This document shows positions 20,696 through 31,327 of a DNA stretch of 59,645 bases, piece by piece. Origin of the DNA: Candidatus Eiseniibacteriota bacterium (GTDB lineage: Bacteria; Eisenbacteria; RBG-16-71-46); the NCBI GenBank assembly GCA_041483195.1, contig JBGPFC010000026.1:1-59645 (forward strand), written 5' to 3'. Positions within the stretch are counted from its first letter, which is position 1. Every line of letters begins with the position of its first letter. The notes under the pieces are model-generated. The model worked only from the letters and a program-made list of their open reading frames with translations, was not told the origin of the DNA and searched no databases. Position numbers and translations under genes: made by a program.

Positions 20696-22843
20696 CTAAC
20701 GGCGCGAGCCCTCGACCTCCGCCGGATCGGGCGCGGCGTTCAGCGCCTGCATGTGCGAGTACGAGTCGTCCACCCTGAGGGAACCGCTTCGCGCGAGCTC
20801 GCGAAGTCTTCCAAGCATGGCTCCCTGTTTCGCCATGCGTCCTTCGTTTTCCGCCAGCCCCTCGGGCCGGTTGTGTCTTAGCCAGAGGAGGCCGAACTCG
20901 GCCTGCAGGGCGTTTGCCGTCGTCTCCAGGCGGCCAAGCTCGCGCGCGAGCTGATCCCGCTCTGCCTGCGACAGCTGAGCGGCGGTTCGGCCCTCGAGCC
21001 TGCGCCCGATCGCATCGAGAAGAAGCTCGCGTTCCGCGACGTACCCGTAGCGGCGCGCACAGTGACGCGCCGCCGCGAGATGTTCCCTGTTGAATCGGAC
21101 TTCGGCTTCGATAGCCGCGAGATCCTGCTGGACCTGTCGCATGTCGGCGTCGAGCGTGTTCATGCGCTCGACCCATCGCTGAGGACGTGCGCGCACCGGC
21201 AGAGGCCGGTGGTACAGCCGTCCGGCCCAGCCGACGTTTTCGAATTCCTGCCAGCCGAGAAGCCTCTCGGCGCGCGCAAGCTCCGGAGAGTCGATTCCGT
21301 AGTGAGCGACCACGAACCGCCGCAGGAAACTGTCCGCGGGCGGCGCGTCTTGTTCCCATGAGGCTGCGGCAGAAAACGCGTACCCGGCCCAATTGTTTTC
21401 GCGAAGGTTCTCGGCGCCGCCATCTCCCCAGGCGGCGGTGACGCAGCCCAGGGCCCTCTCACGCTTTCCCGCTTGCGCGAAGGACGCGACGTTGCTGAAA
21501 CCCGACGCGTAGTTCGGATAGAACGTGCGCCACGTCCAGAGCCCCGGGCTCACCATCACGTCGCGAAAGCCCTGATCCTTGATCTGCCGCAGACTCGGAA
21601 ACGAATCCTGCGGGTCGTAATGCCAGTCGACCACGATCACGTCGCGGGGCAGATCCCGGGCCGCCTCCGGATGTTCCAGGATGACGTCGCCATACACCAT
21701 CGCGCGGCAACCGTAGCGCTCGCCGAGGTGATCCGCGATCCGTCCGAGGTAGTGCCCATAGCTGCGCATGCCGTCATCCGCGGCCGTCGCGGCGGCACCC
21801 GCCGGCGCGGTAGGGGGTTGCCACTCGTCGCCGCCGATGTGGAAGAACGGTCCGCGCGTCACGGCCGCGATCTCATCCACGAGTGACTGGGCGAAATGAA
21901 GCGCGTGCTCATTGCCGGCCGAGAACGCCGCCGGGGCCGCCGTCTCCGCGCCGCCCGGCATCACGAGCCTGCCGAAGACGTCTCGCGCGACACGGACCAG
22001 CATTCCCCACGGATCTTCCGGCGCGGCCCCGCCCCGTTCCTCCGCGTCCGCCGCCGCATATCGCCGATGCTCCTTCAGGCTCAACAATCGCTCCTGGTGC
22101 GCGAGGGTCTCGAAGATCGGCGAGACGACCACATGATTACGCAGCCCCTCCGTCACCAGCTGCTCGAGGTCGCCCCTCGTGAGCGCACCGCGCGTCTGGC
22201 CGCTCGTCGCGCTGCCCTCGAAGCGATACATGTCCTCGATATAGAGCTGATACAGGTTGATCTTGTAATAGGCGAGCTGCCTGATGATCGCCTTGAAGTC
22301 CTCGATGGTGGATACCTGCCCGCGGCTGATGTCGTCCGAGATTCCCCTCCAGGCCAGCGCGGGATAGTCCTCGATCCCGACGCAGGGAATGACCCCGTCG
22401 GGGTGTGCCCGGAGCAACTGGCGAAGCGTCTGGGCGCCGTAGAAGCGGCCCTGAGCGGTCGCCCCCTCGATCACCACGTGCTCTCGCGTGATCTCGAGAC
22501 GGTAGCCCTGCTCGGCGAACAGAGCCGGGCAACCTGCCGGGGGCGCGATCGCGCGGAGCTCGACCGTCCGGAGTTGAGTGCCGGCGGGGACCACTCGCCA
22601 TGTCCAGCGGTAGCAATCCGCCGCCTCCCGGACCAGAAGCCGGACCGCCTGATCATCCTCCGCACTCGTGGCGGAGACCGTCCACTCGGGGCCCAACGAA
22701 GCCGATCCAGGCCGCGACTCGACTTCCCGCGGCATCGGCACCAGCGGCACGAATTGGGAATTGGCGAACGCCGGGCTCGCGACAGCAAGAAGGGAGGCGC
22801 CGAGCACCATGCCACGCAGGAGGGCCACACGAGGGGAAGTCAT
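20696..22843 (-). CDS. Glycoside hydrolase family 20 (beta-N-acetylhexosaminidase)
   Basis: Signal peptide; QGYRL..GRFYGAQTLRQL, IEDYP..WRG..DDISRG; catalytic HIGGDE. Confidence 0.9.
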   Translation of the reverse strand: MTSPRVALLRGMVLGASLLAVASPAFANSQFVPLVPMPREVESRPGSASLGPEWTVSATSAEDDQAVRLLVREAADCYRWTWRVVPAGTQLRTVELRAIAPPAGCPALFAEQGYRLEITREHVVIEGATAQGRFYGAQTLRQLLRAHPDGVIPCVGIEDYPALAWRGISDDISRGQVSTIEDFKAIIRQLAYYKINLYQLYIEDMYRFEGSATSGQTRGALTRGDLEQLVTEGLRNHVVVSPIFETLAHQERLLSLKEHRRYAAADAEERGGAAPEDPWGMLVRVARDVFGRLVMPGGAETAAPAAFSAGNEHALHFAQSLVDEIAAVTRGPFFHIGGDEWQPPTAPAGAAATAADDGMRSYGHYLGRIADHLGERYGCRAMVYGDVILEHPEAARDLPRDVIVVDWHYDPQDSFPSLRQIKDQGFRDVMVSPGLWTWRTFYPNYASGFSNVASFAQAGKRERALGCVTAAWGDGGAENLRENNWAGYAFSAAASWEQDAPPADSFLRRFVVAHYGIDSPELARAERLLGWQEFENVGWAGRLYHRPLPVRARPQRWVERMNTLDADMRQVQQDLAAIEAEVRFNREHLAAARHCARRYGYVAERELLLDAIGRRLEGRTAAQLSQAERDQLARELGRLETTANALQAEFGLLWLRHNRPEGLAENEGRMAKQGAMLGRLRELARSGSLRVDDSYSHMQALNAAPDPAEVEGSRR

Positions 22844-22922
22844 GATGCCTAGTCATCGGCACGAAGCGGACCGCGGAACAGTCTCGCGGTCCGGAGCCTT
22901 GCGGCCGGCGGAAGGCCGGCCC

Positions 22923-23339
22923 CTACCCCTTGCCGCCCTTGCGCGGGCCCAGGATGGCGTCGAGCGAGATGGCCCCCGGGCCGGTGCAGAGCAGCGCGAG
23001 GAAGGGCACGGCGTAGATCGCGGCGAGATCGCGATCGCCCCACGGCGCCGCGCCGAGCTGGATGAAGAACGCGACGCCGAAGAAGATCAGGAGCGGGATC
23101 ACCGCGATCTGCGTGAACAGCCCGAGCGCGACGAAGATCGAGCAGAAGACCTCGGCAAACACCACGAGGCCGAGGCTCAGCGGGTGGCCGAGGTGGATGG
23201 GATCCGGGAACTTCGAGGCACGCTCCGCGAAGTGCGTGATCTTGGGCCAGCCGTGCCCGTAGAAGAGCAGGCCCGCCGCGCCGAGGCGCAGCAGCAGCAG
23301 GCCGATCGAATTCGTGACGCCGCCACCGTTCGATGCCAT
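22923..23339 (-). CDS. DoxX family membrane protein
   Basis: LLLLRL..HGWPKI..AE..LGLFT..GPGAISLD; GGAGG RBS. Confidence 0.9.
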   Translation of the reverse strand: MASNGGGVTNSIGLLLLRLGAAGLLFYGHGWPKITHFAERASKFPDPIHLGHPLSLGLVVFAEVFCSIFVALGLFTQIAVIPLLIFFGVAFFIQLGAAPWGDRDLAAIYAVPFLALLCTGPGAISLDAILGPRKGGKG

Positions 23340-23407
23340 CGTGCCTCCAGGCTCGTGAGAGGGATTCCCGGCGCGCATTCCTACCACATTCCGAGTATCG
23401 TGCGCGC

Positions 23408-24292
23408 GTGAAGCTCGCGATCGAGAACGTCGGCAAGCGCTACCCGCGAGACGTCTGGGGGCTGCGCGAGTTCAGCATCGAGCTGGGCCCTGGCGTGCTC
23501 GGGCTGCTCGGCCCCAACGGCGCGGGCAAGTCGACGCTGATGCGCATCCTCGCCACCGTCACCGGCTGCACGCAGGGCCGCGTCACATGGAATGGCGTGG
23601 ACATCGCGAAGACACCCGACGCGCTGCGCACGGTGCTGGGTTACCTGCCGCAGGACTTCGGCGTGTATCCCAATCTCAACACCGACGAGTTCCTCGAGTA
23701 CCTCGCGGCGGCGCGCGGACTCGACGCGCGCGCCGCGCGCCGGCGCATCGACCAGCTGCTTGAGCTGGTGAATCTCACCGACGCGCGCCGCCGGCCGCTG
23801 GGCGGGTTCTCGGGCGGCATGCGCCAGCGCGTCGGCATCGCTCAGGCGCTGCTCAACGACCCGGAGCTGCTGATCGTGGACGAGCCGACCGGCGGACTCG
23901 ACCCGGAGGAGCGCGTGCGCTTTCGCAACCTGCTCTCCGAGCTGTCGGGCGAGCGCGTGGTGGTGCTCTCGACGCACATCGTGTCCGACGTCGAGGCGGT
24001 CGCGACCCGCATCGCGCTCATCGCGCACGGCCGGCTGCTCGCGGACGAGACGCCCGAAGGGCTGCTGCGCTCGGTCCTGGGCAAGGTGTGGGAATGCGTG
24101 GTGTCGAGCGACGCGCTGGGCGCGTTCAAGCAGCGCCACCTGCTGAGCGGAACCATGCGCCGCGCGGACGGCGTGCACGCGCGGGTGGTGGCGGACCAGG
24201 CGCCCGAAGCCGGCGCGCAGCCGCTGCCGCCCACGCTCGAGGACGCATACCTCCATCGCATGTCGCTCGCTCGCGCCGGGGCCCCGGCGTGA
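23408..24292 (+). CDS. ABC transporter ATP-binding protein
   Basis: Walker A GPNGAGKS, signature FSGGMRQR, Walker B LIVDEP, H-loop STH; GTG start. Confidence 0.93.
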   Translation: MKLAIENVGKRYPRDVWGLREFSIELGPGVLGLLGPNGAGKSTLMRILATVTGCTQGRVTWNGVDIAKTPDALRTVLGYLPQDFGVYPNLNTDEFLEYLAAARGLDARAARRRIDQLLELVNLTDARRRPLGGFSGGMRQRVGIAQALLNDPELLIVDEPTGGLDPEERVRFRNLLSELSGERVVVLSTHIVSDVEAVATRIALIAHGRLLADETPEGLLRSVLGKVWECVVSSDALGAFKQRHLLSGTMRRADGVHARVVADQAPEAGAQPLPPTLEDAYLHRMSLARAGAPA

Positions 24293-24317
24293 GCGGCGGG
24301 CGCGGCGGGGCCGCGGC

Positions 24318-25928
24318 GTGAGCGCGGCGCGCGCCATCTCCCAGATCGTGCGCGCGGACTTCCTCGAGCGGGCCCGGCGCTTCGGCTTCCTCGTTACGCT
24401 GGCGGTGACGGTCTACGTCGCGTGGTTGTTCCTGCCGCCCAATCACTCCCGCTACGCGACGCTTCAGATGGGCGACCACCGCGGCATCTACAACTCGGCG
24501 TGGGTGGGCGGACTGGTCGCGATCATGACCAACGTCTTCCTCTCGTTCGCGGGCTTCTTCGTGGTGAAGGGCGCGGTGGACCGCGACCGCCGGACCGGCG
24601 TCGGGCAGATCCTCGCGGCCACGCCGCTCGGCCGCGTCGAGTACACCGTCGGCAAGTGGCTCAGCAACTTCGCCGTGCTGGCCGCGATGGTCGCGGTGAT
24701 GGCGATCGCCTCGGCGGTCATGCAGATCGTGCTCGGCGAGGACCGCCACCTGGTCCCGCTCGTGCTGCTCGCGCCGTATGTGTTCGTGACGCTCCCCGCG
24801 ATGGCGATGGTGGCGGCGGTGGCCGTGATGTTCGAGACGCTGCCGGGGCTCGGCGGCGGGCTCGGCAACGTCGTCTATTTCTTCGCGTGGATCCTCGCGT
24901 TCTCGCTCCCCATGGCGACCAGCGATCGCGCGACCGAGATGAACGACCTGATGGGCACGGGCCTGATCCTGCCCGGCATGCTCCACGCCTGCGAGGCCGT
25001 GTATCCGGGCTCGCACTCGGTATCCGGCAACTTCAGCCTGGGGTTCAACGTGCGCTCGAGCGGCGGCTGGGATCTCACGACGTATCGATGGGACGGCGTG
25101 CGCTGGACCGGCGCGATGCTGCTCGGGCGCCTCGCGTGGATGGGCGCGGCGCTCGGCGTCGCGATGGCGGCGGCGATCCCGTTCGATCGCTTCGACGGCG
25201 CGCGGGCGCTTGCCCCCGCACGGCGCGGGCGCGCTCGCGGCGCACGGAGCGCGGATGCCGCGGCGCCGGACGACGCGTCCGCGCTGGCCGCGCCGAGGCC
25301 CGAGCGCGCGCACGTCGGCGCGCTGGCGCGAGTGCCGCGCGGCTTCCGATTCGGCGCGATGCTCGTCGGCGAGCTGCGGCTGCTGCTCAACGGACTGCGC
25401 GTGTGGTACGTGGTCGCGCTCGGGCTCGCAATTCCGCAGGCGTTCGCGCCGCTCGCGGTCGCGGCCAAGTTCGCGGCGTTCGCGTGGATCTGGCCGGTGC
25501 TGATCTGGTCGGCGCTGGGTTCGCGCGAGAGCCGGCACGGGACCGGATCGCTGCTCTTCTCGTCGGCGCACCCGCTCGCGCGCCAGTTGCCCGCCGCGTG
25601 GCTCGCGGGTCTGGCGGTCGCGATTGCCCTAGGCGGCGCGTTCGGCGCGCGCCTCGCGCTCGCGGGGCACACGGCGGAGTTCGCCACCTGGCTCGCGGGC
25701 GCGGCGTTCATCCCGTCGCTCGCGCTCGCGCTCGGGGTGTGGACCGGAAGCGGGAAGATGTTCGAGGTACTGTACCTGGTGCTGTGGTACTGCGGCCCGC
25801 TCAACTCGACGCCCGTGCTCGACTACACCGGGGGATCGGGGAGCGCGCCGCTCGCGGGGTTCGCGGCCGCGGCCGCGGCGCTGGCCGCCCTCGCGTTCGC
25901 CGGGCGGCGGCGCCAGCTCGGAGCCTGA
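24318..25928 (+). CDS. ABC-2-type exporter permease
   Basis: Polytopic; follows the ATPase; RDRRTGV.QILAATP...Y..GK motif and a second internal repeat (RESRHGT). Confidence 0.8.
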   Translation: MSAARAISQIVRADFLERARRFGFLVTLAVTVYVAWLFLPPNHSRYATLQMGDHRGIYNSAWVGGLVAIMTNVFLSFAGFFVVKGAVDRDRRTGVGQILAATPLGRVEYTVGKWLSNFAVLAAMVAVMAIASAVMQIVLGEDRHLVPLVLLAPYVFVTLPAMAMVAAVAVMFETLPGLGGGLGNVVYFFAWILAFSLPMATSDRATEMNDLMGTGLILPGMLHACEAVYPGSHSVSGNFSLGFNVRSSGGWDLTTYRWDGVRWTGAMLLGRLAWMGAALGVAMAAAIPFDRFDGARALAPARRGRARGARSADAAAPDDASALAAPRPERAHVGALARVPRGFRFGAMLVGELRLLLNGLRVWYVVALGLAIPQAFAPLAVAAKFAAFAWIWPVLIWSALGSRESRHGTGSLLFSSAHPLARQLPAAWLAGLAVAIALGGAFGARLALAGHTAEFATWLAGAAFIPSLALALGVWTGSGKMFEVLYLVLWYCGPLNSTPVLDYTGGSGSAPLAGFAAAAAALAALAFAGRRRQLGA

Positions 25929-26074
25929 TCGAGGCAGATGGGGCGAGGGCCGCGCCGCCGCCCCTCTCGCCAGCGCCCGGCGCCGAGATTCGGCGTTGAC
26001 GCCCCCGCGGGCTCTGGCTAGCCTTCAGCGCGCTTTCGATCGCGTCATCGCGTTCCCACCGTGCGGAGAAGACC

Positions 26075-27793
<1,719 letters not shown>

Positions 27794-27847
27794 CGCGACC
27801 GCGCCAGACCGAGCAATCGCCTTGCCCCGCCCGCCGAGCCCCGCCCG

Positions 27848-29884
27848 ATGACGTCGCCTTCCGAACGCCGGCCTCGGCTTGCCGCGATCGGCGCCGCGGC
27901 CGCCGGGTCGCTCGTCCTCTACCTCCTCACGCTCACGCCCACCGTTCCGCTCAACGACGGCGGCGAGTTGATCGCCGCGGTGAAGTCGCTCGGGGTCGCG
28001 CACGCCCCGGGGTTTCCGCTCTACATCCTGCTCGCCCACGCCGCGACTTGGCTGCCGTTCGGCAGCGTCGCGGCGCGCGTGAACGCGGCCTCCGCGATCT
28101 TCGGGGCGCTGGCGGTGGCGCTGATGGTGATCGCGGCCGGCGAGGCGCTGGCACTGGCCCCGCGCGGCGCTACGCGCGAGAACGCGCGCGGGTCCGCGCT
28201 CCCCGCCGCCACGCCGCAGCCGGACTCCGCGATCCCCGCGCTGGCCGCCGCGCTGCTGCTCGCCTGCGGGCGCACGTTCTGGAACTACGCGACGCAGGCG
28301 GAGGTGTACACGCTCAACACGGCGATCGTGGTCGCGATCCTCGCGCTCATGTTGAGGTGGCGGCGCGGGCGCACGGCGCCGGCGGGGGAGCGCGGCGACG
28401 ATCGGCCGCTGCTCGCCGCGGCGTTCCTGTTCGGCCTCGGGCTCGCGGTTCACCACGTCACGATCGCGCTCATGCTGCCGGCGCTCGCGATGCTGGTGCT
28501 CGCGACCGAAGGCCCGCGCTTCTTCGCCGGCCCGCGCTTCGGGCTCGCGCTGCTCGCGGCGCTCGGCGGGCTCAGCGTGTACGCGTACCTGCCGTTCGCG
28601 GCGGCGCGATCGCCGATCATGAACTGGGGCGACGCGCGAAGCCTCGACCGGCTCATCATGCAGGTCACGGGCCGCGAGTACTGGGTGTTCTTCGAATTCC
28701 ACGCGTCCCAGCTGCGCGAGGAGATTCCGCGCTTCGCCGGCCTGTTCGCGCGCGAGTTCGGCCCGCCGTGGCTGCCGCTCGCGCCGGTCCTCGCGGCGGT
28801 GGGGCTCGCCGACGCGTGGCGGCGCGACCGCGCGCTCGCGATGTTCCTCGCGCTGATCGTGGCGGTGAACGTCGGCTACTCGCTGATCTATCACATCTCG
28901 CAGGATCAGGACGCGTACTTCCTGCCGGCGTTCGTCGCGATCGCGCTCGCGGCGGGACTGGGCGCGTCGCGGCTGCTGCGGTCCGGGCGCGGCGGAACCC
29001 CGCACGCCGCGGGGGCGCCGCGCGCCGCGGGAATGCCGCGCGCCGCGGCCGCGGCGTTCTGCCTCGTCGCACCCGCCATCGCGTTCGCCGCGAACCTGCC
29101 ATACGACGACCGGCACCGCGACACCATCGCGCGCGATCAGGTCGAGAACTTCCTGGCGGCGGCGAAGCCGGGCGGGCTGGTGCTCACCTTCGACTGGCAA
29201 TTCGTCTCGCCGCATTTCTACGTTCGCGAGATCGAGGGCCGGCACCGTGACGTGGCCGTGATCGACGTGCACATGATGCGCCGCTCGTGGTACGTGGACT
29301 ACGTGCGCCGCGCCTATCCGGAGCTCGCGCGCGGTCACGAGCGCGAGTTCGACGACTACCTCGCGGGGCTCCGCGAATGGGAGCACGACGCCACCCGCTT
29401 CGAGCGCGAGGCGGCGCTGCGGCAGCCGGTGCACCGGCTGTACTACCGGCTGATGCTCGCGCTCGCGCACGACCGGCCGGCGAACGCCCCGGTCTATCTG
29501 ACGGAAGAAGTCGCGCTGTCCCCGGACGCCCAGGACGGGGTGTTCGCCCGCGCAATCACCGCCGGCACGACGCTGGTGCCGCAGGGCATGCTGTTCGAGC
29601 TCACGCGCGGCGGCGGATTCCGCGAGACCACGGTGCCGCGCCTCGAGACGCGCGCGCTGCTCCACGGCCGGTCGCGCTTCGCAGCTGACGACGTGGTGCG
29701 CACGCAGATCATCCCCACCTATGCCGCGCTGCTGCTCGACCGCGGGCGTTATCTCATCGCGTACGGCCATCGCGACGAGGCGATCGCGATGCTCGAACAG
29801 GCGCTCGCGCTGGATCCGTCGTTCACCCCGGCGCGCGAGGCGATCGTGGCCGCGCGGAGCGGGGGCGTCCCGGCCGCCCCGTAG
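27848..29884 (+). CDS. DUF2723 (TMEM260-like GT-C) membrane protein with C-terminal TPR
   Basis: TLTPTV..DGGELI..LGVAHAPGFPLY, FW.YATQAEVY.L, NWGD; terminal TPR (ALALDP). Confidence 0.85.
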   Translation: MTSPSERRPRLAAIGAAAAGSLVLYLLTLTPTVPLNDGGELIAAVKSLGVAHAPGFPLYILLAHAATWLPFGSVAARVNAASAIFGALAVALMVIAAGEALALAPRGATRENARGSALPAATPQPDSAIPALAAALLLACGRTFWNYATQAEVYTLNTAIVVAILALMLRWRRGRTAPAGERGDDRPLLAAAFLFGLGLAVHHVTIALMLPALAMLVLATEGPRFFAGPRFGLALLAALGGLSVYAYLPFAAARSPIMNWGDARSLDRLIMQVTGREYWVFFEFHASQLREEIPRFAGLFAREFGPPWLPLAPVLAAVGLADAWRRDRALAMFLALIVAVNVGYSLIYHISQDQDAYFLPAFVAIALAAGLGASRLLRSGRGGTPHAAGAPRAAGMPRAAAAAFCLVAPAIAFAANLPYDDRHRDTIARDQVENFLAAAKPGGLVLTFDWQFVSPHFYVREIEGRHRDVAVIDVHMMRRSWYVDYVRRAYPELARGHEREFDDYLAGLREWEHDATRFEREAALRQPVHRLYYRLMLALAHDRPANAPVYLTEEVALSPDAQDGVFARAITAGTTLVPQGMLFELTRGGGFRETTVPRLETRALLHGRSRFAADDVVRTQIIPTYAALLLDRGRYLIAYGHRDEAIAMLEQALALDPSFTPAREAIVAARSGGVPAAP

Positions 29885-30042
29885 GCCGCGCCCGGTCGAA
29901 CGTCGCCGGGCGGCGCTCTCCGAGGGTCATGCGGCCTGCGGATGGCGCTCGTACCACGCCCACTTTGCCTCTACGCCGGGCGCGCGCATTGGGACATAAT
30001 CGGGGCGACGCGACCGACCCCGTCGCGCAAAGGAGAGCCGCC

Positions 30043-30642
30043 ATGGATCCCATGTTCCTCGAGCGCGTGCAGCAGGGCGAGCCACGCGGCGCATACGCCG
30101 GTCCCATCGGCATGATGCGCGCCGCGGGTCAGCACGTGCCGCACATCATGCACCTGTTCGCCTTCAAGCCGGACCGCACCGACCATCTCTCGCGCTTCAC
30201 GCAGGGAGTGATGCGCGGGCCGTCGCCGCTCTCGCCCGGCTTCCGCGAGCTGATCGCGGCCTACACCTCGAAGCTCAACCAGTGCCCCTTCTGAATCGGT
30301 TCCCACGCCGCGGTCGCGGCGGTACTGCTGGGAGACCGGGAGCTGGTGGACGCCGTGCTCGAGGATCCGGCCACCGCGCCGATCTCTGAGAAGGAGAAGG
30401 CGCTGCTCGCGTACATCAAGCGCGTCAACGGAACGTCGTACGCGCTGCGCCAGGAAGAGGTGGACGCGGTGCGCGCGGCGGGCTGGAATGACGAGGCGAT
30501 CTACGACGCGATCTCGGTGTGCGCGCTCTTCAACTTCTACAACCGCTGGTGCGACGGGAGCGGGGTTCAGCCGATGACGCCGGAGCAGTACGCCGGGTCG
30601 GGACAGCGCCTCGCCGAGTTCGGGTACGCGCCGCCGGGATAG
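30043..30642 (+). CDS. AhpD/CMD-like peroxidase-related selenoprotein (CxxU), in-frame TGA at 30292-30294
   Basis: AAGGAG RBS. RELIAAYTSKLNQCPF-TGA-IGSHAAVAA continues in the same frame to ..ISVCALFNFYNRW; TGA occupies the second Cys of the CxxCxxxH motif. Confidence 0.88.
30297..30338 (+). promoter_or_regulatory. Bacterial SECIS-like hairpin
   Basis: Lower stem CGGTTCCCA / TGGGAGACCG; upper stem CGCCGC-ggtc-GCGGCG; the loop begins with G 18 nt after the TGA. Confidence 0.7.
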
Positions 30643-30694
30643 ATCGCCGTGCGGGGGCGTGATGCGACGACACCCGCCCCCGCTCCGGCGGCGC

Positions 30695-31189
30695 CTACTT
30701 CTTCCGCTCGAACTCGAACTTCTTGACGTCGTCCATGCCCTTCATGCGCATGCTCCACTCCTGCGTGAAGTGGTCGGCGTCCACGAAATGCACCCTGAGG
30801 CCGTGCATGTGGGGCGCGTCCGGGCTCGGGAGGTTGGTCGCGCTCACGAACTTGAAATTCACGACACCGGCCTGCGCGGCCGATGGTTCGGCACGCATGC
30901 GCGGTTGATTCCCGACCGAGCAGTAGTGATCCATCGTCAGGCGGGAGCCGTCCATGAAGTACATGGTGACCATGTCGCCATGATCGGGCGTGTGCAGGGT
31001 CTCCATGACGCAGCTTCCGGCCGCGGTCGTCGCGTACGAACAGCTCACCGGCTTGCCGTCCTCCATCCTGCCGGTCCACTCGCCGGCCAGCGCCTTGAAC
31101 TGATCGAGGCCGGCGGCGCGCGCCGCGGCGGGCGCGAGGCAGAGCGCGGCGAGCAGCAGCACGGAACATCTGGCGATCGACATTCTCAT
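30695..31189 (-). CDS. Secreted hypothetical protein (beta-rich)
   Basis: Signal peptide (AARA|AG); LAGEWTG, MVTMY..L.MDHYCSVGNQPRM, HMH; GGGGA RBS. Confidence 0.8.
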   Translation of the reverse strand: MRMSIARCSVLLLAALCLAPAAARAAGLDQFKALAGEWTGRMEDGKPVSCSYATTAAGSCVMETLHTPDHGDMVTMYFMDGSRLTMDHYCSVGNQPRMRAEPSAAQAGVVNFKFVSATNLPSPDAPHMHGLRVHFVDADHFTQEWSMRMKGMDDVKKFEFERKK

Positions 31190-31327
31190 GACCTGAGTCC
31201 CCCTCGAACGTGAGCGGCGGTCCGGAATCCCGGACCCGGATCGGCCCGAAACTCGAGTAGGGGACCCGCGGCGCGGGCCGCTGTCAAGAGGGGAGTGCCG
31301 CGGGGCGCGGGAGCGCCGCCGCCCGCT

